DNA of 63,812 nucleotides, the filler included, from Chiloscyllium plagiosum (Eukaryota), in assembly GCF_004010195.1 (NCBI RefSeq). It is 4 parts of one record of this genome, joined end to end, with 100 filler letters (N's around TTAATTAATTAA, not from the genome) between each part and the next. Parts side by side here need not be neighbours in the genome. Positions count along the whole stretch, not along the records: positions 1 to 20,694 come from NC_057713.1; positions 20,795 to 36,869 come from NC_057713.1; 2 more parts are not named here. The stretch is one strand, 5' to 3'. Below are positions 13,042-24,439 of the stretch, in pieces; position 1 is the first letter of the stretch, and the number at the start of each line of letters is the position of its first letter. A program made the translations under genes and the position numbers. Below the pieces are notes generated by a model, which was not told the origin of the DNA, did not search any database, and saw nothing but the letters and a program-made list of their open reading frames with translations.

Positions 13042-13445
13042 TATACTGTAAACCTAGAAATCTGCTTCCCCCAACAACAGTGTATTTTATTAAGTCTTGA
13101 GGTTCTAGAGCAACTGTCTGATAAATCTGTAATTTTAGCTTTTGTTTTCTGAATTTGCATGCTAAGTTTCATGTCAATTCTGGAGGAAACCAGGTGACTA
13201 TGTGGATAATGTGTCTAAATTTTTTTACAAAATTGAACATGGAACAAAAATTGAAATATTCCATAATTAAACAAACCTCTGCCCTTTCTACTTTCTTTAA
13301 AACCTATCATGACCAAGCTTTTCCCCACCTTTGTGTTTTTCTCTTGTATTACAAATGCTCCTTTCATGCAGCTTTGTATCTTCAACGCACAAACAATCAG
13401 TTTAAGTTTAGGGTATGCTTTCATTGTGTTTACTTTTTTTTTCAG

Positions 13446-13637
13446 AGAGCTCTGGCTAAAACGGGAGCCGAATCTATTAGCCTGACAGATTTATGTCGAA
13501 AAAACAACCGGAAACAAGCAGCTGCAAAATTCTACAGTTTTTTGGTACTTAAAAAGCAACAGGCAATTGAGCTTACGCAGACTGAGCCTTACAGCGACAT
13601 TATTGCAACTCCAGGACCAAGATTCAACATTGTCTGA
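13446..13637 (+). CDS. RAD21: RAD21 terminal coding exon (C-terminal winged-helix, SMC1-head-binding domain)
   Basis: tttttttcag|AGA GCT. Translates [63 protein letters not shown], in phase with exon 751-834. Confidence 0.98.
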   Translation, partial: RALAKTGAESISLTDLCRKNNRKQAAAKFYSFLVLKKQQAIELTQTEPYSDIIATPGPRFNIV

Positions 13638-14456
13638 TCTGATTAATCTTGAATGACTAGTGTGTATTCACTAGATATGTATTGCCCCATAAGGGGATCT
13701 GAGACCATACAATACTTTAAATTGGTTTTAATGTATATTGAGTTAAAAGATTATTTTGGACAGAAAGACTCTTAAATTTTTTGGAATTAGGTGTGCTATT
13801 CCAGTGTTTATGGTAAATACAAGTAACTCACACTCCTTGACAGGTTTTATACTGAATCATGATTGGAGAAATGCATAATGTTTCAGGTATATTATGAATA
13901 CATTTCTGTGCAGACATAATTATGGCTTTGTTGATTGCATTATTCATAAATGATACCTGTGTCATGCCACTGCTGCTGGTAAACTCTCAAAATGTTGGTT
14001 GATGAAATTTATATGTCAACAACACAGTAGTAGAGAAGTTGATATTCAACACTTGCACTTAATTTAACTTTTAGATTTGTGTGCTGGTTCCTCTACGTTG
14101 ACATACTTTCATAACACAGTCTACCAGTATGCCCATTGTCCACTGGAATTACAAACTATCTGTTAAAATGCAACCAAGGATATATGAAATATTAATTTTA
14201 AATACATACTCATAATTTTAGGATGCTTTAACAGTCTGGAGTGTTACAATGCTGTTTTAAACATAATGTGCCTGTAAGCTTATATTCTCTTTTTGTATAA
14301 AATGTGTAGATAATTTTTAATGAATGTTTAATTATGGAAAAGGTGAAAGCTTTCATTTTAAGCAGCATTTTGCTTATGCTACTGAGTCTCTAGTTTGTTG
14401 CTTAATTAGGTCATTAAATGTTGCTGAACAGTGATGCTGTTATACATAACTTTTCT

Positions 14457-14462
14457 AATAAA
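14457..14462 (+). promoter_or_regulatory. Probable RAD21 polyadenylation signal (3' UTR about 0.85 kb)
   Basis: AATAAA followed about 20 nt later by a GT/T-rich element (tgttttttgtttcttg), at the end of a repeat-free AT-rich UTR. Confidence 0.65.
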
Positions 14463-15049
14463 ATACTTGTTACAATATGAATGTTTTTTGTTTCTTGAAA
14501 CAAGTTTTAGTCAACTGACTTGTGTTCATATCATGAAAATGCTATCATCATATCTTAGCTGTTTGCACGTTAACCATTCTTGATGAGACATGACCATTTT
14601 TTAGACTAACTTATGGGGAAATGGAGTTTCCATTAATAATTTTGAATCCGACAGTTGGGAACTTGAAAAGAGATAAAGAAATGATTTCAAGTATATGTAC
14701 CTAAAACAAACATGACAAGCATGTTTTAGATAAGATATTTTCAGTTACTGCTGACATTTCCAGTAATTTTATGTAACATGCAGTGTTCAGCATTTAAAGG
14801 AAAAACATTAAAAGCAATTTGTTTTGTGTGGAATTTTATATTTTGATCTTAACATTTATTTAAGAACAATGCTTCACATAGTCACTGTAACCAATGACTT
14901 GTCTTCAAGTAGGCTGCTAACATTCAATCAAAATATTAGAGAATTGGATTGTTGTCGAAAAAGGAAGACTGCATATTATTCCTTTTCAATTAACTGTGTA
15001 ATTCCCCTTTGAATGCCTTGATTAATCCTGCTTCCACCAAGCTATCTTG

Positions 15050-15640
15050 CATTGTGTATTACACCAAAATGTAACTTCTCAAAGTTTGCAGATGATATCA
15101 AATTGGGTGGGAGGGTGAACTCTGACAAGGCTACAGATCTGGACAGATTGGGTGAGAGGGCAAATCCATGGCAGATGCAGTTCAATTTGGATAAATGTGA
15201 AGTTATTCACTTAAGAAACAAAACCAAGAAGGCAGATTACTACTTGAATGGCTGTACATGAGGAGAGGGGTGTGTGTAGCAGAACCTAGTTGTGCACTAG
15301 TTCATGAAGGTAGGCTTGCAGATGCAGCAAGTGGTAAAGAAGACAGGTGGTATGTTGGCCTTCATCATGTGAAATTTTGAGTACAGGAGCAGGGATGTGT
15401 TGCAGGTGAGACCACACCTGGAATATTGCGTGCCATTTTAGTTTCCTTTTCTGAGGAAGAATGCTCTTGCTGTTGAGGGAGTGCAATGAAGGCTGATTCC
15501 AGGAATCGTGGGACTGATGTACGAGGAGAGATTGACTAGGATTGTTTTCGCTGGAATTGAGACGAATTAGAGGGGGAATCTCAGAGACTTAAGATTCTAG
15601 CAGGATCAGACAGACTCGGTGCAGGAAGGATCCTAATGGT
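15050..15640 (+). mobile_element. Degenerate CR1-type LINE RT fragment
   Basis: SKFADDIKLGG...DLDRLGERANPWQMQFNLDKCEVIH. Confidence 0.85.
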
Positions 15641-16183
15641 GGGTGCCCGGAGCCCTATCTCTAAATTTCACTCTTCATTCTTTCAGCATCTTCTAATGAT
15701 CCTATTTAGTCCTGATTCTTCGTCCACTTTAAAATATTATAGACAAGATATAAAGGTATTAGAGAGAGTGCTGAGATTTATAAGGATGCTATCAGAAATG
15801 TTTGAGTATGTATGTATGTACATATCAGGGAAATAATTAATAGGCTGGACACTGTTTCTCTTGAAAACAACCAAATGCATATCCTCAGCGATCATTAAAA
15901 TTGTGGAAGATTTTAATACATTACTACAGAGATGTTTTCTCTTGATGGGGTAGTTTTAGATGAAAATGATAGGCACTCAAGAGTACCAAAAACACTGGCA
16001 TAAGTTGGTTAGACTAAATGCTTATTTGTGTTGTATATTTTATGCAATTCTAAGTGAATACAGCTAGATATTTTCATATCTCTATCATTTTTTAGCTCAT
16101 TCGGTATGCCAATAACCTCTTTCACCTTTTTCTGGTCCCTCATTGATTCAATTCCTCCAACTACTCCATTGTACTATTCTATG

Positions 16184-16419
16184 TTAGCGAGTTTTGAGAA
16201 GACTTGTAGCTCAGGTTGAGGATCTGGAATTTGGTTTGCTCGCTGAGCTGGAAGGTTTGTTTTTCAGATGTTTCATTACCATACTAGATAATGTCATCAG
16301 TGAGCCCCCGGATGAAGCCTACAGGCTTCTCCCGGAAGCTCATTGATGATGTTACTGAGTATGGTGATGAAACATCTGAAAAGGAACCTTCCAGCTCAGC
16401 AAGCAAACCTACATCCAGA
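16184..16419. mobile_element. Short fold-back PLE element (family C-related) with 11-bp TSD
   Basis: ACTATTCTATG at 16173-16183 and 16420-16430. Two inverted pLTR arms meet near 16320. Confidence 0.82.
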
Positions 16420-16932
16420 ACTATTCTATGCTTAATCAAGATTTTTGCTTTTTCTTTTACACTTTCTCTGTGAACTTGCTATGTTCAGCTTGGCTGTCAC
16501 TTGTATCAATATACTGACATTTGACACATGCACGTATTTCATACTTCATTTTAACCACTATCTCTTTTGTCAACTAGTCAGTCTGGCTTTAGTTGTGAGA
16601 ATGTAACTTGAATGAACCATGGTAACAGTACCATCTTCTCTTTAAAGGAAATCAATTGTTCTGGTTGTTTTGCATGCAAGTTTTGATTTCAATTTACCTG
16701 GGTAGATCTGTTAACACCCATTGAAATTGGTCCTATTCTAATGGAATAGTTTTACTTCAGAATACACAAGATCCTTTCTTAAAGCTTGCTTGAGCCTTTA
16801 TCTCTGTTAAGTTAGAAATACTTTAACTAATAATGCACTTCAAGAACTCTTGCCTTCCTTTATAGGTACCCTGAACGATACTGGGATTATCAACTTCTCA
16901 TGCATCATACATACAGCTCGACACCGCTCTCC

Positions 16933-17294
16933 AGGGAACATCAACTAGCCACAAAACGACGTGACCCACTCTCACTAGTATCCTTACGTACGGATGAGGA
17001 AGGACAACACATCCATCCTAGGACAAGCCAAACAAAGATGCACACGACAATTCCTAGAAGCATAGCATTCCAGCCGGAACTCTATCAACAAACCTGTTGA
17101 TTCAGACCTGATTTACCACCCCCTGAGAAAAACAGGAAATGACATCACCAACCCTAGGAAACTCAAACATATAAATAGAAAGCAGGCTACCCTACCTGTG
17201 CTTCATTTGGAGGCTTACTGAAGATGGTACCTAGTATGGTGACAAAATGTCTGAAAACGAACCTTCCAGCTCAGTGAGCAAACCTACATCCAGA
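16933..17294 (+). mobile_element. Penelope-like element 3' fragment
   Basis: REHQLATKRRDPLSLVS is similar to 1-595. The tail matches 16184-16419. Confidence 0.8.
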
Positions 17295-18511
17295 CTGCTG
17301 TCCAATTTCCCTGCAAATTTAATCCTCTATTTCCCCTCTCCTCCTTTATCTGTCCTGAACATCTTGTACCTAGGAATGTTTAGTTTCCAGTTCTTTCTTG
17401 AGCCAGGCTTTCGTTTCTCTACAATTATGTATTGCCATGTAGTTATATGTGACTGTAGCTCATTGACTGTAAACCTAATTTAGATCTCTTACGTTAACTC
17501 TGAATCTGACCCTACCGAATTGCTAAATATTTGCTTACTCTAGTGCAAACTCCCTCTGCCAATCGTTTTGTACACCCTGTATCTCTTTTCTCATGCTATA
17601 GTGTGGAGCTCATCCCGTGTGCAAATTAATTAAAATTCTGTCCAATAGCACCAAACATTTGTTCTGCTCTGTTGGGGTCTTTGAGAAATACAATATGCAG
17701 AAGGAAGTCAGCTTCAAGTACTGCCAAAAATATTTGATACAAGTAGAACCAGCTTGGAAGAAACAGGATCTATGAAACTTCATTGGCAAACTGACATGTC
17801 AACAGTCAAGAAATAATTGTTCCACTGAAATGCCTTCATTCTCTGGAATAAGAGAGATATCTAGTGCACCACAACAAAAATCATAAACAAAATCCTATAA
17901 ACTTTAAGCCCAAGCTCATTAATGATCTCTCAATTTTTGATAATTGAGAAGTGAACTAATTGAAAGTTCACTTCTGAACAGGCTGGACAGAGAAGACAAG
18001 AGGTTTATTCTTTTGGCTGGGAAATCTAAATATAGAAGCACAAACAAGAGGTCAATTGTTTAGACAGAAGCAAGAAGAAACTTTTTCAAGCAAAGCCTTG
18101 TGAATATTTTCTATCAACCTAGGTTGTTTATGCTCAGTCATTGAATATATTTAAGACGGAGATGGGATGGTCTCTTTGGGAATCACGAGATATGGGGGAA
18201 AAGTGACTTTGGGACCAAGGATCAGGCACAATTGAACTGAATGTTGGAGCAGGTTCAGGTGCCATCAACTGCTGTTCTAATTTCTTATGCTAATTGTTAT
18301 AAACACACCAACAGCATTCAGGAACAAAATATTTTATATAATTATGAAATCATGAATATTCAAACAAATAATAACTTTTTCTGAAAAACATCTTCCAGAT
18401 TATTTTAAGTAAATTTTGTAACAATTAGGTTGTATCCAGTCAAGTGTACTAAGTGTTCTGTGAAAAATAGCTTTGCACTTTGGTCCATGTTCTTACTGAC
18501 TCTTTACACCT

Positions 18512-18880
18512 TTACACAGTAGCTTCGGCTTTGACGCACGATGCATCTCTTCTCCTTTTCTTTCTTGATCTTCGTTTTTTTTCTTTATTTGGTTGTGGTG
18601 GTGCTAGTTTGACTTTCTTTTTCAAACAACTAAGAGGATTAAGTCCCCCTTTTCTTTTGCGTTTTTTATGCCTGGGTTCAGATTCCTTCACAAGGCCATG
18701 CTCTTCTTTCAAATGCTTTATAGTTTGTTGCTGATGTACGGGGACAAGTTGATCATCGTGCAAAGAACGTAATTGTGCAATTGATTTGAGAGAAGGTTTC
18801 TCTAGGACCATAGTATTCTGTATAATGTACATCAGAGGGACTCCTGACAACTTCTTAATTTTCATGGTTAGCTCTTGATC
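18512..18880 (-). CDS. UTP23: UTP23 (SSU processome, PIN-domain factor) last coding exon
   Basis: ttttaacag|GAT CAA. Translates DQELTMKIKKLSGVPLMYIIQNTMVLEKPS...KGGLNPLSCLKKK...ATV*. Confidence 0.96.
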   Translation of the reverse strand, partial: DQELTMKIKKLSGVPLMYIIQNTMVLEKPSLKSIAQLRSLHDDQLVPVHQQQTIKHLKEEHGLVKESEPRHKKRKRKGGLNPLSCLKKKVKLAPPQPNKEKKRRSRKKRRRDASCVKAEATV

Positions 18881-18928
18881 CTGTTAAAATAATTGGGACA
18901 CATTTAATGTACATATAATTTCCACTGG

Positions 18929-20380
18929 GAGAAACTGAGGACTGGAGATGCTGGAGATCAGAGTTGAGTGTGTGGTGCTGGAAAAGCACAGCAGGTTAGG
19001 CAGCATCTGAGGAGCAGGAGAATGAGGTCTGTGGGCCGGGGAGGCTGAGAGATAACTGGGAGGGGGCTGGGGGAAGGCTACTATGAATGTGATAGGTAGA
19101 AGAAGGTGGGGGAGAAGGTGATAGGTCGGAGAGGAGGGTGGAACGGTGAGATGGGAAAGGTGATGGGCAGGTCAGGAGTGCGGTGCTGAGTTGGAGGCTT
19201 GGGACGAGGATTATTTGGGGGGTGAGAGGAAACTACTGAACTCCACATTAATCCCATGTGGTTACAGGGTCCCAAGGCAGAATAGGAGGCATTCTTCCTC
19301 CAGGCGTTGGGTGGAAGAGGTCCAGGACCTGCATGTCCTTGGTTGAGTAGGAAGGGGAGTTGAAGTGTTCAGCCACAGGGAAGTGGGGTTGGTTGATGTG
19401 GGTGTCCCAGAGACCTTCTCTGAAACAATTAGCAAGTTGGCGTCCTGTCTCTCCGAGGTAGAGGAGACGACATCAGGTGCAATGGATATGGTGGATGACA
19501 TTGGTGGAGGTACAGATAAATTTCTGTCGGATGTGGAAGGATAGTTTACGACCTTGGAAGGAGGTGAGGGGAAGGTGTGGGCACAGGTTTTGCACTTCCT
19601 TCTGGTGGGGGATGTGGATCTGACAAGGGTGTTGTGGACGGAATGGTCTCTCTGGAATGCTCATAGGAGTAAGGAAATATATCTCTGGTGGTGGGGTCAT
19701 TTGTAGGTGGTGGAAGTAGTGGAGGATAATGTGATGCATACAGAGGTTGATGGGGTGGAAGGTGAGGACTGGGAGGTTCTGTCCTTGTGTTAGAAAGTGT
19801 GGGGTTCAAGGGCAGAGGTACAGCAAGTGGAGGAGATGCCACTGGAAGACATCATCACCCACGTGGGAAAGGAAATTGCGATCTTGGATGAAGGAGACCA
19901 TCTGGGATTTTCTAAGGCAGAATTGATCATCCTGGGAACAGATGCAGTAGAGGTGGAGGAATTAGGAATAAGGGATGGCATTTTTACAGGAGGTAGGGTG
20001 GGAGGAGGAGGAGGAGTGTAGGTAGCTGTGGAGTTGGTGGGCTTGTAGTAGATGTCCGTGGTTAATCAGTCGCCAGAGATGGAGAGGTCCAGAAAGAGGA
20101 GATAGGTGTCTGAGATGGTCCAGGTGAATTTGAGGTTGGGGTGAAAGATGTTAGTGAAGTTGATAAACTGTTCAACTTCACGAGGTGGCGCTGATACAGT
20201 CATCGATATAGCGGAAGAATGGGTGTGGGGGGGGGCGGTGTAACTGCGGAAGGTATAATTAACACAACAAAAAATTGAAACGGGCGGGGGTGTAGAGACC
20301 CTAATTCTCACATGGTGTTCCTGATGAAGGGCTCCTGCCTAAAACATTGATTTTCCTGCTCCGCCTTTCCAGCGCCACTC
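18929..20380 (-). mobile_element. Degenerate Penelope-like element (family A) filling UTP23 intron 2
   Basis: VEQFINFTNIFHPNLKFTWTISDT (RT) and HIRQKFICTSTNVIHHIHC (GIY-YIG region). pLTR ends in opposite orientations. Confidence 0.85.
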
Positions 20381-20421
20381 TAATCCTGAACCCATCTAAA
20401 CCCCAAGATCCGTGAGCTTAC

Positions 20422-20596
20422 CTGCGTGGCTACGAAGTAGTGATGAAGATTACCATGTCCGACCATGGACAGGAGGCAGGCAGAGGCACTCACCGCACTC
20501 TTCACGTGGGGGCAACGTCTCACCTGGAATCGTTGGGCAATCAGTTTGGCCCCGTACAGTTCCTTCCCCAGGGACTGCAGCTCCTTCAGGATGCAG
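20422..20596 (-). CDS. UTP23: UTP23 internal coding exon 2 (175 bp)
   Basis: (c)n cag|C TGC...CAG|gtaagc. Translates CILKELQSLGKELYGAKLIAQRFQVRRCPHVKSAVSASACLLSMVGHGNLHHYFVATQ and joins exon 3 in phase 0 (ATQ|D motif). Confidence 0.96.
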
Positions 20597-20694
20597 CTGG
20601 GGGGGGGGGGGCATTGTGAACAAAAACAAATGATTTTTTTTCTGTTAACTGCAAGTTGGGACATTCACAACCTGTGGGCAGACGGGGGGAAAAA

Positions 20695-20794
20695 NNNNNN
20701 NNNNNNNNNNNNNNNNNNNNNNNNNNNNNNNNNNNNNNTTAATTAATTAANNNNNNNNNNNNNNNNNNNNNNNNNNNNNNNNNNNNNNNNNNNN
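20695..20794. other. Scaffold gap with artificial stop linker
   Basis: N44-TTAATTAATTAA-N44. Confidence 0.97.
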
Positions 20795-21029
20795 TTTTTT
20801 TTAAATCTGTCAGTCAGGGGTCCTTGATTGGACTGAATTAACAGCTCTAATCAGGGAACTCATTCTTTGAGCTCCAGCTGGCTGACCTCATTGCAATTTA
20901 CTACAAGGATGATATATGCTAATTCCTAAGTGTCAGTTTGCAGTGATAGCGGGAGTTCTAATATGGATAAACAACATTCAGCAAAAGAAAGAACACAGTT
21001 TATGTGGTATGCTCTAATGTGGCTCAAAT

Positions 21030-21533
21030 TCTCAAAGGCAGAAGACAGAGGGTAATGGTGGAGGGTTGTGTTTTCATTCTGGAGGCCTGTGATCAGTGGT
21101 GTGTGACAAGGATCAGTGCTGAGTCCACTACTTTTCATCATTTATATAAATGATTTGGGTGTGACCATAAGTGGTATAGTTAATAAGTTTACAGATGACA
21201 CCAAAATTGGAGGTGTAGTGGACAGTGAAAAAAGTTATCTCAGATTACAACAGGATCTTGATCAGATGGGCCAATGGGCTGAGAAGTGGCAGATGAAGTT
21301 TAATTTCAATAAACGTGAGGTGCTGCATTTTGAGAAAGCAAAAGTGGTGGAGGCTAGTACAATTGCAACACTTAAAAGCCATCTGGATGGGTATATGAAT
21401 AGGAAGGGTTTAGAGGGATGTGGGCCAAGTGCTGGCAGATGACACTAGATTGGGTTAGGATATGTAGTCAGCGTGGACATGTTGGACCGAAGGGTCTGTT
21501 TCTGTGCTGTATATCTCTATGACTCTCTGACTC
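21030..21533 (+). mobile_element. CR1-type LINE with internal deletion
   Basis: GSVLSPLLFIIYIND...KFTDDTKIGG jumps near 21340 to the 3' tail (ctatgactc repeats). Confidence 0.88.
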
Positions 21534-23887
21534 TAAATTGTTTTGTTACTTATTTCTATCTTTGACTATAAGGTTATTTTGGACTGAAAATAGGCAAAGT
21601 TGAGGGTATTTCCAAGTGAAATTAATGATGTAAATCAACAGAACCTTAGGCAATTACATCAAACTGTAATAATACTTTAGACTTAATAAAGGTGTGTGGT
21701 CATTGTAAATTCCTTTTGTACCCATCAAATAATTTATTTTACGCTGTAAATTAATACTAAATTAAGAATAGTTTTATCCCATGAACATATGCTGATTTAA
21801 TTTCTCCTTGGATCTTTACTACAGCATAGAGCTGAGATTTTCACCAAAACTCTGGGCCAGCGTTAAAAAAGCTTTAGTTTTACAAACATGGTTCACTGTG
21901 TCACTTATCACTCAAAAAGAAAACTAAATAATCGTGCCACTTCAAATACCATTTTTGTTGTGCTACTGTTAAGATTAAAATCTGTGCATGTCTTTGAAGC
22001 AAACACTGGCTTTAAAGCAAGCTAATGGACACTGCTGAACAAGAGTTTAACTGCATCGCTTTATAAAATCAAACCCGTGCCACTTTCTGACATTTTTAAA
22101 TGGTCCATTTTGGAAAAAAAGGTTATAAGCACTATCAAAAGCAGACAGATGTGACAATTTAAAAAGCATATTCTAATACAGAAAATATTGGAAACAAAAT
22201 TGTCAAAAGTTAAGAGGTATTCATATTTATATTGATAAAAATAACTGGATAATCATTACACAAGTAAGTGAACTTAGGTCTTGTCAATGTTGAATAGTAC
22301 ACTAACATATGGAGACTTGGTACTAAAACCTGAGGGCTCAATGTGTATTTGTCTTGTATTCAATATGTCAAACCATCAGATCCATTGCCTCACATTCTCC
22401 CTCTTCAACTGAAACATAACCTATTGCACCAAGTAATCTGGAAAAAATATGCCGAGGATATAAGACTTGTTTTATTGGCTGTGTATATACATGTGGGATT
22501 TCCTCTACATCACTTCAGAGGATGATAAGATCAAGAACACGAGCCACTTTCACGTTAGACTGCACTACCAAACCATTTTATTCATGAGTCACAGCATCAG
22601 TTGAAGTCAGTCTTTAAATAGCACAGCATTAGTTTTCATATGTACACTGACGACACCAGCTCTACCTCACTAGCACTTCTCTTGACTCCTTCACTGTTAT
22701 TAAATAAGCAGACACTTTCTTCATTTATATATTCGGAAGGCAGAAGCCACTGTTTTCAGTCCCCATTCCAAACTCAGTTCTCTTTTTTGCCATTGCTCTC
22801 CTGAGCCACTGTCTGAGACCAAACCAATCTGTTTGCAAACGTAATGTCATATTTGACTTTGAAATGAGTTTCTGACCACATATTTGTGCTATCATTAAGA
22901 TTGTCTAATTCCACCTCTGTACAATTGCCTGACTTTGCCTCTATCTCTGCCCATCTGCTCCCCACCCCCTTATTCTTAGTTTTGTTACATCTAGACTTGA
23001 GTATTCCAACATGTTCCTGGCAGATATTTTACATTGTATTTCAATAAACTTGTGGCCATCCAAAATCTTGTTGCCTGTGTGCTAACCTGCACCAGGTACT
23101 GTTCCCTTATCATTCAGTGCTTGCTGAGATCCATTGCCTGCTGTTCAGGCAGCATCTTGATTTTAAAATTTCCATTTTTGTTCTTCACTCCCTCGGTTGT
23201 CTGTGTTTCCTCTCTTTGTACTAAGCAATAAACTTAAAAGTAGAGGAAAAAGAAACAAAGAATTTTAGATGCTGGAAATCAGAACCAAAAACCAGAAACC
23301 TCTGGGAAAATTCTGAGAGTCTGGCAGCATCTTTTTTAGAAGGGTCGCTGGACTTGAAACGTTAACCTTACTTCCTCTCCACAGGTGCTACCAGACCTGC
23401 TGAGCTTTACAGGAATTTCTATTTTTGTAGCTTAAATGTAGTCTTGCTTAAGAAAAATAGTGATCATAATGGCTATTGACACTGCATTCTGGAAAATCTG
23501 CTATATTCCGTTGGCCCTGCATTAACAAAACAGAGTGATTGACCAAATGTTTGAAATAATTAACTTTCATTTCTTGGCATTAACCAGACAGAATGGTAAA
23601 ACCTGCAGAGTACCAACCCATTCAGATAGCACTAAGTACAGCCAGAACGTTTCCTTTCATAGGCTCCTCTCTCTATTTCTCTAGTCCCACAACCTACTGA
23701 GATATTTACACTCATCTTGGATTTTAAACTCTCTACGCTTGGTGTTTATGCTTTTGGTGGTCTCAGCCCTATAAACTGATGGAAGTGGCAATCAAAAGCT
23801 TGAGTCCTTTTGTATTGTTTTTCCTGGGAATCTTTCAAGTAACAGGAAATCAATAATTTCATAAGTTAGAGGCAACAAATTACTTAA

Positions 23888-24290
23888 CATAGATACACAG
23901 CATGGAAACCAGCCCTTTGTCCAATTTGTCCATCAACCAGTATCCTAGATAAATCTTGTCATCTTGGCCAGCATTTGGCCCATATCTCTCTCAACCCTTC
24001 CTATTCATATACCCATCCAGATGCCTTTTAAATGTTGTAATCGTACCAGCCTACACCACTTCCTCTGGCAGCTCGTTCCATACATGAATCATGCTCTGCG
24101 TGAAAAAGTTGCCCCTTAGATCCCTTTTAAATCTCTCCCCTCGCACCCTAAACCTATGCCTTCTAGTTCTGGACTCCCCCACCCCAGAGAAAAGACCTAC
24201 TCTTTCACCTTTCCACGCTCCTCGTGATTTTATATACCTCTATTAGGTCACCCCTCAGCCTCTGATGCTCCAAGGAAAAAAATTCAGCCT
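23888..24290 (-). mobile_element. CR1-type LINE 3' end
   Basis: Homologous to 8700-9120. Confidence 0.85.
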
Positions 24291-24439
24291 CCCCTTAACA
24301 GTTTGTTTTACTCAGAAAACATATGTAGCTGTGTCTTCTGACAGAGTTTATGTCTTCTTGCCATGTTTTAGTGTCCAGCTCAACTGGAAAAACGTTAGTT
24401 TATCTCTGGTCTACATTTCCAAAAACCTTTAATAAACAT

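Noticed and set aside
13155..13445. 160-aa ORF extending RAD21 upstream
   Set aside because: The upstream part is intronic. Homology starts at the acceptor at 13446.
20380..20664. 94-aa ORF taken as the UTP23 N-terminus
   Set aside because: Only 20422-20596 is exon. The flanks are intron read-through.
20739..20750. Palindromic TTAATTAATTAA (also at 36914-36925 and 56828-56839)
   Set aside because: It is identical and centred in each 100-bp N run, so it is a six-frame stop linker added during scaffolding rather than biology.
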